Position numbers and translations under genes: made by a program
DNA from: Phoronis australis
Lineage: Eukaryota > Animalia > Phoronida
Assembly (NCBI GenBank): GCA_002633005.1
Contig: NMRA01000418.1
Coordinates: 79,330-143,329, forward strand
Direction: 5' to 3'
DNA: 64,000 nucleotides
Shown: piece by piece, positions 51,919 to 63,211 of the stretch
How positions within the stretch are numbered: the stretch's first letter is position 1
How the letters are laid out: every line of letters starts with the position of its first letter
Notes under the pieces: model-generated
What the model was told of the DNA's origin: nothing
The model's database searches: none
What the model saw: the letters and a program-made list of their open reading frames with translations, nothing else

Positions 51919-54509
51919 CTGCAAATTATAATTGTTTTATGATGGTAAGTATTCATATCTCTAAGCAGAAGTTGGTGCATGAGAAATGCGCCAATGAATG
52001 CACCGCAATCGATCTGCTTTGAGGGATGTTTATTGATATTCCAAAATGACCACTAGATGGCGCGAAATATGCCAATCTGAAAATAGCAACATGTCATTGA
52101 TTCTTTAATGGAAAGCTATTTACCAAATTTCATGAAAAATTGTCAAAGAACGTCAGAGAAAATTAGGAAAACTGAAAAAATGAAACTGCCAATAGGGGGC
52201 ACAGCTTTTGCTGGGTCTATCCTCAAGTCATCGTCCATTGTCAACGTCATATAACTACATGTGCTAAATTTAATTTTTTTTTTAATAAATTTTAATTCTG
52301 CAGTGGGTTTAGGAAGTGGAAAAAAATGTCACTAGGAGGGGGTTGTACTGAAACCCCCTTGATCTTCAACCCCCTCGATCCACGACCCATGAGGTGCGAC
52401 CCCCTCTACCCATAAACTGTGGCGATAGAGGTATCTGTGCCATTTTTACCTATTACACAATCTTATTAAGTCGCTGGGCAACTTTCCCATAAGACATACT
52501 TTAACGCCAGTCTGCTCTGGCTGAAGTCTGGTGATAGGAAACAGAAAGTGGCATGGGAATGCCGGTGGTCTTGAATAGTGCATTGTGAGCGCGCTAGAAG
52601 TCATCCCTATATCGTGCAAGTCAACATAACGTGCAGTACAGTTAGACAAGCGGCTATCAATGGCACAGTTCAGATAAACTTAGGGAGAGAGAGTACGTTA
52701 ACGTGAAGATTCTGTTCTCAGTGAGTTAGAAAAAAATATTTGATACCTCCACATTTCCCATTTTTAGTTGGATTATTAATAAATATGTTTACCTAATAAT
52801 ATGTCTACTCATAAGTCAAAGTTGAGGCTCAAGACAACTGGAAATGCAAGTGGGGAAATTTTACTATGTCACAAGAATAACAAGAATGGTATGTCTGCTT
52901 TTTCTAATTAAAACTAAATTGAAAGACATGAATTTAAAATTTAATGCCAAAGGTGTTCAAATTTTCTTCTATTAATACCAAAACAAACTTGTTCATCATT
53001 TGTTATTGCAGCTGGGACTAAGAGTTCTGACTTGTCTGACATAGTCATAGCGAAACCATGTGGACTAGTTTCTAACCGTAAACTTTGTAACCAATTGCAT
53101 GGCTCAGAGCAGTAGTAGTTGCCAATAAATGATGATCTAACAAAACCTGTGAAACATGTTCATAAAGAAGTCCTAACACAGGACACCCTGGGGGGCAAAC
53201 TTGGACAAACTACACGAAAAGTGGAATGAAAGCTTGTAGCCTCGTGACTAAGGAAATTAATTCAAATTTAAAATGAGCCAAATAAGAAAAAAATGCTTTC
53301 ACAAGTCAAAAATAAAATCAACTTTCAAACATAATATTACAATGCAAATGACATTTTATTTGTCTTTGCTTTAATAGCTTATTGAATGCATTAGAGTAAA
53401 ATCAATGAAAAGACAGTTCTCGCACACAGAAACACAACGTCCTTTTGGACTAAGGACCCTTCTGTACAAATGTACGTAGGATTTCAATGCAGTTTTTTTG
53501 TTTTCCCCATTCGTTGCACCATATTCACAATATTTGAAACAAGAGCAACGAAGAGCGTTGGAGTGCGTCAACGAATTTGAAGTTGGGAACAATGACATGA
53601 ATTGCTTTGATACGAAAATGATGCTGTTAATGCGGCGTATCGACGACTACCTACTGACCGAGAATGTCTGTGTTCCAATTTCCTAAAAAAGTGAAAGTTG
53701 CACAGAAATGGCATCGTTTTTGCACCGTACAAGAGTGTGGAGTGACGGTACGGAACATACCACTTAGTCAGTAGCCACACTTTTTTTCTGCATATTTCAG
53801 TCTAGGAATCGAGTTTCAACCGAACACAGAAGTGGCGTTAGGATGAAGGACTCTCCACCATGTAAGTGTATTTCTAAATTTTATAAATAACGGACAGAAT
53901 GCTTCCATTCTAGGGTGAGTGATGCTAAGCCCTAGACCCAGGCTCAGAAGGAGTGCTAGGACACGTAGGCTAATGCATTGTGTTTAGACCCCACTAATTC
54001 TACATGGCAACAGTGAATACGAGTGACCAAGGTTTAATGCGGCCTTTGAGTGTTTACCACTCCTTGGTTCAGTTGGTTGTAGCTCACTTATGTCTGCGGC
54101 ATTTATTGTGCAAGTGGTTGAAGTTTGTATGGTCTCAAAGTCGATAAAGTTTGTTGTCTGATTCTTCTAGTATTTGAGTGTGATACCCGTATCTATACTC
54201 TCCTCGCTGTACGCATAATAAATGTCAAAATCTCGCTCAAAATCGACCTCGTCTTCTGATCTGCTGTGTTCTGCCATTAATGCAATTGATTGTCAAGTGA
54301 CCAAATATCTTCCTTCAATTACATCATTTCCAAATAACAAATTTTCCTTCAAAATTAAAAAATGGCTACCATTTGGCATAAAAAGGACTTATTCAGTTAG
54401 ATTTTATGACATTCATTTCATATTAGCAAACTGAAACCTCAAAGACTAAGGAAATGCATTGTAGGAATTCTTTACGTTAATTTTGAGTTTAAGAAAAATA
54501 TTGACGTAC

Positions 54510-54545
54510 CTCCACCTTCTCCACTTCCAGTTGGCTTAATAGTGT
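54510..54545 (-). CDS. Gene B stalk micro-exon 1 (D)TIKPTGSGEGG
   Basis: aatttgcag acceptor, GAG|gtacgt donor, 36 nt, phase 1-1. Confidence 0.72.
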
Positions 54546-55741
54546 CTGCAAATTATAATTAAGTTTTATATTAAATATTCATATCTATAAGCAACAGTTG
54601 GTGCACAGCAGAAAGATGCAGGATGCGAAAAGATACTGTGCATGTATAGTAGTGTTACATGGAATGTCCACGTTTTCTAAATGGCAATTGTGGCAATTGC
54701 ACTTCATTGGAATAAATGAAGTTGAACGTACACAGGTATTCAGTAATTTTTTGGATTCGAAAGAGGGGTTTGTAGCCAGGACCCGTAGATCTAATCTATG
54801 TCCACGAGTATTTAACTGGCCGGACAACCTGTATGACGTGCTAGCAGCACCACCACCACGTGGATTCTGGAAGTACGCAATTGCAGCAAATCCATGGATG
54901 ATGATGTTCCATGAGTTTTGATACTTCGATAATGTGCAAAGCAAGGTGCTCCCGACGATTGTCTGTGGAATTGAGTGATGCCTGCACATGAAAAGTCACT
55001 AGATGACAAAAGTAGTGTTGATGATGAACAGAGTAGCAATTCACCAGTCTGTCAGAATTATGCAAAGAGGTCGATTCTATAGTATGCAACCAAAGACCAC
55101 TTGAAGTTTTTAGCTAGCTTGTAAATACATCAATAGAAACACGTCCTGTACAATATTTCATCAAAATCCTTCAAGAACCACGTTAAACGGACATGTCCGA
55201 AAATGAAGGTCAGATGTTATTCTCTTCAACTGAAACATACACATCATAATACTAACATAACAATGATGGAGCTTGTTAGAATTTGAGATAAAACACAAAA
55301 AAAGAAAAGAAAAGAAAAGGCTGATACTAATCATCCTTTAAGCCCATTGGCATAAAGAGATGAACACTGAAAAACTTGGAGACGTAAACATAATAAAAAA
55401 GGCCACGTGGGAAAATTGGTATTCAACTGAAAATGGTGAGGTGTCGTCGTCTCTATAAAATCAAAATATTTACCTAATTTAAAAAAACATCTGTCCACAA
55501 CCTGGGTATAGAATTTAACAAACAACTTGACACTAGGGAGCAAAATAAGAGGATAAACCACCATTTTATTCAAGCTCAACTTGAAAGAGACAGCTATATT
55601 CAATATACATGATTCACACCACACGAGAGGGCAAAATATTTGTAGCAATTATTCGTAAGCAACATCTTCATTTAAGTACTGACCAAACTTGTGATAATTA
55701 TTCATCATTTATCTTCCCCAACTACACAAGCACACAAACTT

Positions 55742-56066
55742 GCAGCCCTGAAGGCCAATGTTTGGACACTTTCTAGTGTGGGTCTATGTGTCACGCCACA
55801 CTCAGCATTAGACGCATTAACACATGTAGACAACCTCAGATTCAGTGATTGTAATAGAGATAACGGGTCCACTGATAACACTACTTCCATTGACATGCCG
55901 GTACCACATGTACTCGTGAGATGTGGGAATTGGTGGAGATGACGTGACACATCCACAAGTCAAACTGACTTGATCATTGCTGTAGTAGTCAAATGGTGAA
56001 CTTGTACACTTAGTGGCGGATGTTTTTACCATACTTGAATGTTAGCATCGGTTATAGGCACTGATG
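55742..56066 (-). pseudogene. Gene B: decayed Ig-domain exon (frameshifted)
   Basis: ttttttaaccag acceptor. Pieces read ...DQVSLTCGCVTSSPP...HEYMWYRHVNGSSVISGPVISITITESEVVYMC / NASNAECG..., the Ig C-W-YxC-xASN pattern. Two frameshifts and no clean GT donor. Confidence 0.7.
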
Positions 56067-56409
56067 CTGGTTAAAAAATTAAAAGAAAAGAAGCCATGAA
56101 ATATACATGCTCAATCTAATACGGCAAGGTGAAATTCATTGTCGAAACCCACCAAATGCACTTGGCCCATATTATGGAACGAAAACTGCTAGGAACTGTA
56201 CGTAACTGCTATGAAGGGATACGTTAACACAGCTCTCTCTAATAATGATGAATTTCTATATAATAAGTTTATTCAATGTAACATCTACCAGTCCTCAGGT
56301 ATGTGTTGTGATTTTGACTCAAGAATAAATACATTAAACTAATTAATTTTAATAATTTATCTTTTGCACCAACTCAGTTTCAGATTTGATGGAGAAATGT
56401 TACATGGCT

Positions 56410-56835
56410 TGAGTTCTCCCCCCAACGCCTGCCTAGGGAAAACCACTTGGCGTTCAAGAAGAGCAGAAATCAACTTCAATCTCTTTTCCTTACATCAAGG
56501 GGGATTTCAGAACATCTACGTCCAGTTTATAAGTCTTATGATGTCCACACCTATATGAAGCCCGTTAACAGCCTGAGAAACGAACCAGTCCACCTGAAGG
56601 ATCCCACCCACTCGATCGCCAATGTTGTCATATCTCAAATGTCCTGCACTGAGGATCCATCTCATACCTACATCGGTGAGACTAAGTGATCCCTAGGTAC
56701 CAGAATCAAAGAGCAAAACAGACTGGACAAGTTCTCAAGCATGGGAGAACATCTGGGAACCCTACTGTAAGCGGCAAATGAGCCAAAAGACTGTCTAAAG
56801 AAGAGAACTGGATCTCAAAGGAAAGTTAAGGAATA
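56410..56835 (+). mobile_element. Penelope-like GIY-YIG relic (duplicate copy)
   Basis: GISEHLRPVYKSYDVHTYMKPVNSLRN...YIGETK* with a premature stop. Confidence 0.8.
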
Positions 56836-57120
56836 ATGAGACACAATAAAGCAGACAAGGGGAATTTTACTTTGTCAAAGTTAAGGAATTTGTTATTTAA
56901 TTTTTACCCTTGTTTGTGTAATGTCCCATACCAAAAGACCATGTTTGGCGCAAGCTTGCAGCAAACATGCCGCAAGCTTGCGGCAAACAATTTTGTTTGC
57001 AGCAAACCAGCCGCAAAATTTGCAGGAGTTTGCCGCTACCCGCAACTCAGCTGCACACATTGCTGCAACCTTGCTGCAAACACTGAACTTTGCAGGAATG
57101 TTGCGGCAAACTTGGTGATT

Positions 57121-57325
57121 GAAAAAGTGTTTGCGGGAAAGTTGCAGGAAACTTTATTGTTGAAAAGTGTTTGCGGGAAAGTTGCAGGAAACTTTGTTGT
57201 TGAAAAGTTTGCGGGAAAGTTGCAGGAAACTTTATTGGTGAAAAAATGTTTGCGGGAAAGTTGCAGGAAACTTTATTGGTGAAAAGTGTTTGCGGGAAAG
57301 TTGCAGGAAACTTTATTGGTGAAAC
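57121..57325 (+). repeat. ~40-bp minisatellite, about 5 units
   Basis: Unit AAAAGTGTTTGCGGGAAAGTTGCAGGAAACTTTATTGGTG. Confidence 0.9.
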
Positions 57326-57713
57326 GTGTTCTCAGGAATAGGTGAAAAAGTGTTTGCACAAAATTTGCATGAAACTTCAATGTTTAAAGTGTTAGCATTA
57401 ATATTGTGACAATGTTAGAAATTGTGAAATTGTTTTTTATTTTCTAAATTTCAAAGAAACCTCAAATCCCAGAACCTAAGCAGGGCAGTTACTTAATATT
57501 TAGATTACTTACCCAAATGTGACCTATTGTTGGGTAAGTTACATTGTTAAAAAAGCAAATGCTCAAATATGACCAAATCCGACCTAAAACTCTAGAGAAG
57601 ATAACTGCATCTGTATGTTCTTTGTTTTTTATTCAGTCACTATACCTAACAAGTTTTCCTTTCATACTGCTGTCAAAAACAGTACAGCAAAATGTTAAAT
57701 GCAATTGCTTTAA

Positions 57714-58652
57714 AGGCGAAGGCAACCTTTTTCCATGTCATTTTGAGCTAAAATAAGGTTGGTTGGTTATCCTAGACATATTTTTCACTTAATTACAGCT
57801 TTTCGTAATTTTATTAATTATTCCTCCGCTTTTCCGGAAGTGACGTTTTAGGAGGCAAGCGCTTCCCGCCAATTTCTTTTCACATAGTCTGACTGTGAGA
57901 GCTGCCGAGTCAGTCATTGTTCTACCTCGGTTGTGTTAAGTTGCGTCGTCGTTCGCTTTCATTTACTAGTCAGTCAACATGTCACACTGTTGCTGCGTAC
58001 CGGGATGTAGTAATTATCGGCTCACGCGCGCTTTGGGAGTGCCTTTGCATCGCTTTCCGATGGATGACACACTTCGCCGTACTTGGCTCGTTCGTGTGAA
58101 GAACGCAGCTTTACCCGTCCACGCAACGTACAAAGCAGTGGAGAATTACCGTGTGTGTGGCAAGCACTTTCTGCCGTCCGATTACGAAANNNNNNNNNNN
58201 NNNNNNNNNNNNNNNNNNNNNNNNNNNNNNNNNNNNNNNNNNNNNNNNNNNNNNNNNNNNNNNNNNNNNNNNNNNNNNNNNNNNNNNNNNNNNNNNNNNN
58301 NNNNNNNNNNNNNNNNNNNNNNNNNNNNNNNNNNNNNNNNNNNNNNNNNNNNNNNNNNNNNNNNNNNNNNNNNNNNNNNNNNNNTGCCGCAGAATACTCG
58401 CCGATGGAAAGTGGTGGCGACAATTGGTGAAAAATAGCACAAAACAAAAGTAGAATAGAACAGATTCGCACAGTAAGCTCAACGCAAAACCAAGTGGCGG
58501 GAAGCGCTTGCCTCCTAAAACGTCACTTCCGGAAAAGCGGACGAGTAATTAATAAAATTACGAAAAGCTGTAATTAAGTGAAAAATATGTCTAGGATAAC
58601 CAACCAACCTTATTTTAGCTCAAAATGACATGGAAAAAGGTTGCCTTCGCCT
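57714..58652 (+). mobile_element. Kolobok-type element with 158-bp TIRs and a THAP gene (interior lost in gap)
   Basis: TTAA|AGGCGAAGGC ... GCCTTCGCCT|TTAA; TIRs at 57714-57871 and 58495-58652 are nearly identical. Confidence 0.85.
57979..58188 (+). CDS. Complete THAP C2CH zinc finger (N-terminus of probable transposase), runs into gap
   Basis: MSHCCCVPGCSN...LHRFPMDDTLRRTWL...YRVCGKHFLPSDYE. Confidence 0.88.
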
Positions 58653-59765
58653 TTAAACAACAAAGGCAGTATTACCTGCATGTTGTGTAAACAAGCACAA
58701 TAAATATCAGTACAAACCATACACAGATATATGATCCAAATTTACCAAATGTGCAAGTATTAGCATTTAGAGCAATTTGTACTTTTCCAACATTTGAAAT
58801 TATCTCATAATCAGGTGGTAGCTGCCAGTCACTAGCTACAATAAAATTTTGTCTATTTCGGACAAAAATAATTGCCAAAAATTACTCATTTTGATTTTTC
58901 AAGGACATTTAGCATTGTTGTGAAGACTCACAACTTTTCAAACTATTGTCTGTCAACAGCTATGGTACGGACTTGGATATGACTCGGGATTCTTGTGGTA
59001 CTGCCACATTGTTTATGAAAAAATAAGAAATTTCATTTCACTAGTGCTTTTTTGGTATGGGGTAACTGTCTCCAAACAATTGGTCAAATTTTGCGAATTT
59101 AAGCTGCTTACTAAGCTTCTGAAAATCAGAGAATTTTAAGAATTATTTTTGTCCATCATTGAAAAATTTAAAACTAATTTTCAAGTATTTCATGATGGGT
59201 CAAAAGAAACAATAAATGCTACAGTAGTTATTTTCTCTACAAACTTGCTGATTCAGTTCGTGACTTACGAACCTTGATCAGGTGTTTCAGAATGAACTGT
59301 TGAACCAGATTATAAAATACACTGTAGACAGTATTTGACTGTTGCCGCCTATACCAAAACTGACTGTGTCTACTTGAACGACCTCACAAAACATCTAACT
59401 GTATCACCTCTGCGGTACATTAAGCCAAAGTTCAACAAATCAAAAGCTAGATCAAGAATTGGTAATTAGATTTTTCAATTTCAACCTGACATATTGTACC
59501 AGTCAGTATAATTTGACCTAAAATCAGGACTCGGAAGACCAGACTTTAGAGCAATTTTTGACCAGGGAAATGTGAAAGTCTTACCATATTGAAGTGGAGC
59601 AAACCTTCAAGATTTGAAAGTAAGTGTCATGTTTTGACAGTGCGCTGACATTTCAGAACACATGTATACAATTGTCCAGGCATAAGTACAATTTACATAA
59701 TGTTTACGAAGATGCCATACACAGTACAATTTTTTTATGAGGAAAAAACAGAGTAAGTCTTCTGC

Positions 59766-61467
59766 AACAAGAGCAACGCGGAGCTTTGAAATGCATCCAA
59801 AATGCATCGCAAATGGTGTGCTTTTAGGGTTGCTTATTTGTGTCATAAATTGGGTACTAGATGGTGCAAAAACATACAATCCATCCGAATACGGGAAAAT
59901 GTCACCGATTCTTTAATAGAAAGCTATACACAAAATTCCAAATTTCATAGAAATCCGCCAAGGAACTTCAGAGAAACAAAGGAAAACGGAATAAAATGAA
60001 ATTACCATAAGGGGGCACAGTGTTCATTGGTTCCAGCTGTCTATTGTTTGCTTCATACAAATAATCTTACTAAATTTAATAAAGATCCATCAGGGGGATT
60101 TAGGAGATACAGCTATGAGCGCAAAACAAAACAAAACTACCACTAGGAGGCGCCAGAGTAGTCAAAGTCGTCATCATCAAACGTCCTCTTCACACTGAGA
60201 ATATATACATGTATGCCATCCTTAGAACGATTTGGTTGACAGAGAGGTAGACTCGAAAACAGCAAAAAATGGCCACTAGGTGGTGCAAATTACGTTGATT
60301 CTATCCAAAAATGCCCGTATTCAAATTTTTTGAAAATCTGATGAGGACCTTTGAACATACAGAGGTAAACTTAAAACCTAAATTGCCACCAGGGGGCATG
60401 CCAGTATTCAGATCCATCCAAAATAATCGTCGTTCGTTGTCAACATCATGTAAACACACTTCTTAATTTTAGTAAAGATCCTACAAACAGTTTAGGAGAT
60501 ATAGCTATGGACGGAAAAACAAACTGCCACTAGGAGGCCCCACAGTAGTCAAAGTCATTGGAAAATCATCGTCAGCCGTTCACTTTATTATAAAAAAATA
60601 AATGCCAATTTTCACAATTATCCTGAAAGTGGATTGGTTTATAGAGGGGTGGACGCCAAAAAACAGACTCGAAAACACTAAAAATGGCCACTAGGTGGCG
60701 TAAACTAAGTCGAATCCACCTGAAAATGGAAAGATAGCATCACATAACAGAAGCCTGTACGCCAAATTTTATGAAAATACGTTGAGGACCTTTGAAGATT
60801 CAGAGGAAAACATAAAAAATAAAATTGCCACTAGGTGGCACACCAGTCAACAGATTTGTCCGAAAGTTGTTGTCGTCCATTATCAACATCATATCAATAA
60901 ATGCACTTACTAAATTTAGTAAAGATGCTGCAAAACGGTTAAGGAGATAAAGGCATAGGCACCAAAAAAATAAAACTGCCACTAGGAGGCACCACAGTAG
61001 TTGAAGTTGTCAGAAAATCATCGTCAACCTTCATCTTCATAGAAAAAACATACATGCCAATTTTCACAATCATGCTAATAGAGCGGTTTGGTTGATAGAG
61101 GGGCGGACATCAAAAAACAGACTTGAAAACAGTAAAAATGGCCACTAGGTGGTGCAAACTACGTCGAATCCATCCGAAAACGGGAGGATGATGTCATTTT
61201 ACTAATTATGTACCAAATTTCATGAAAATACCTTGAGGACCTTTGAAGATAGAGGTAAACGTAAAAAACAAATTTCCACTAGGGGTACACCGGTATTTGG
61301 ATCCGTCGGAAAGTCCGTTTATGCCGTCCCATTTGTGAAAGGAATACATGTCCAAAATTTCATGAGAATGCCCCAATCGGTTTTGGAGATAGAGCAGCGG
61401 ACGCCAGAAGCTGGACGGACGCAGATGGCAGCATAATGCGTTCATAAATAAATTGGTGGGTGCATAA
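59766..61467 (+). mobile_element. HINE-like element, family 1 (paralogue at 6969-14485 is interrupted)
   Basis: Same ends and tandem CCACTAG(G/A)(G/T)GGC units. Other fragments at ~1130-1480, 2250-2940, 20138-21050, 41289-42241 and 63383-63670 (-). Confidence 0.7.
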
Positions 61468-62938
61468 TAAACCAAATTTGAAGGTGACTAACAGGAAAGT
61501 TAGTAAAAAGGTCAACCTTGAGACAGAAATTAAAACTGTGTTTCTGTTTCTGTTTCTGTTTCTGTTTCTGTGGTGATGTCAGAGGGTAGGCACCGGGATA
61601 GTCTATGGCCCCCCTCCTTCCAGTATCGCACGCAATGTAAATTTGGAGATGCTGTGGCTATATTAAAATTTCTGGTCTCATCTAAAAACCCATTCTGACC
61701 AGGTGTCCTATAACTTTCATTTTTTGGCTAAATGGACACATTTTTGAGTGAAATGTGACCCTAAAAATTAGCTCGATTTTCATGTGTGTTGCTAATTCTT
61801 GTCATAAAAATGCTAATTATGGGTACTTCACTACACTATCAAATTTGTGCAATCACATGAACAGCAAACTTTATAAAAATAACATCTCAACTTTGGCACA
61901 TCATTGACCTCTTGGGGTCAAAGGTCATCTCTTGGATATCATGGTGCCGTATGCCGTATGCCGTCCACCACAAAAGTGTTAAATAGTTTAGTTAATGTTA
62001 AGTTTTCAATCACAATTAAAATATTAGTTACTGATTCTNCGCGAGTCATATTTCTTCAGGCAGCCCTTAGCGGCTTCACGGGCAATAAAATGTAATCAAC
62101 CGAATAGATTCGTCGACCACAGATCTACCCTGTGGTTTTTCCGCTTGATCCCAGACCGCCCCGAGTTGCTCCAGCAGCCAACTCGGGGCGGTCTCTCACG
62201 AGGGTTTAGCGTTATGTGGTTTAGCAGATGGAAATTAGTTGGTGAATTGGTAATGAAATGATTATTTCACTATGACCACCATCGGTATGATCCAAGCACA
62301 TATTGTTAATTGTCTAGTTTGATTTAAGTTTTGTTAGTTGTGATCAAAATGGGGCTGCCAACTGTTACAGACTGATTAACCTGTGTTCTCTGTATTTTTG
62401 GATCATTATAAATGGTGATGTCATGAGGAACCCAGAACAGGTAGAAATTGACCTGGGATGATGATTATCCAATGGTTGCTGTATACTGATGTGAACTCAA
62501 TAGCCCATTGAATTCAGTCCAGCTGTTTGGATTGCCTTGTCACCTGTGTAATCCTTTATGACACCACCTCATTCTGTCATAAAACTATGTGCCAGATGAC
62601 TGTTGGCAGCCCAGCCGGCTGCCATTGGCAGGGAATGGGGACTGAAACTTGCGCATCAGTTGAAAACTTTATGGTTAATTGGGTTTTGGCTTGAATCTTC
62701 ACCTGTACGAGGTCCGTCATGGTTATAGCTATTTAAGGTTATGAATGTGACCATATATTCAGTGTCTTTAAGAAATTATTTAAAAGTAAAAATGTGAATA
62801 AAAATTATTGATGTTTCTGAAGTGAGATCATTGAAGTCCGGGGCAGAAAAATGCCCTAAACTAAGGGAATAATTGAGTGCATGTGATGCGACCAATAAGA
62901 CGCATTGTTAAGCAGCTTTGGTACATTTTAACTTTTAG

Positions 62939-63211
62939 GGAAGTAATAACACCAAACTAAAGGTCCAACATAAGAAGAAAAAAGGAAAGAAGAAAACATT
63001 TGACAAAAGAAGAACAGATTCAACATCTGATTCCAGTGAATACCATTCATTGAACTCTAGCAGATGCAGCAGTGTAGCTACTGATGCCTCATTTCACAGT
63101 GCTCATGAGAACAGTCCTGGTCGCAGTGATTGTTCACCAAGAGTGCAGACCTCTGTGATGCAAAGTTCTAGTATCCTGAAAGTACAGCCTACAACTAGAA
63201 CAGTGAAGAAG
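62939..63211 (+). CDS. Probable internal coding exon of an unrelated gene (basic NLS-like patch, Ser-rich)
   Basis: acttttag acceptor, AAG|gtaatt donor, 273 nt open, phase 0-0: GSNNTKLKVQHKKKKGKKKTFDKRRTDSTSDSSEYHS...FHSAHENSP... No homology recognised. Confidence 0.45.

Larger units (their letters stand above)
56925..59061. mobile_element. CACTA/EnSpm-like (CCC-terminal) non-autonomous element
   Basis: GT|CCCATACCAAAA ... TTTTGGTATGGG|GT. The empty site taatGTaac is visible in the paralogous block at ~6261-6270. Subterminal ~40-bp tandem repeats. Confidence 0.8.
51348..62038. repeat. Segmental duplication copy 2 (gene B 3' introns)
   Basis: Same orientation as 715-15040. Carries extra segments 55691-56036 and 56925-59061 and ends at the single-N join at 62039. 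Confidence 0.9.

Noticed and set aside
56836-57282. 148-aa ORF with FAGKLQETLL repeats
   Set aside because: Translation of the minisatellite inside a non-autonomous element.
57121-57325. CRISPR-like regular repeats (also 28947-29027 and the ~140-bp motif arrays)
   Set aside because: No unique spacers, no cas genes and a eukaryotic context. These are transposon-internal minisatellites.
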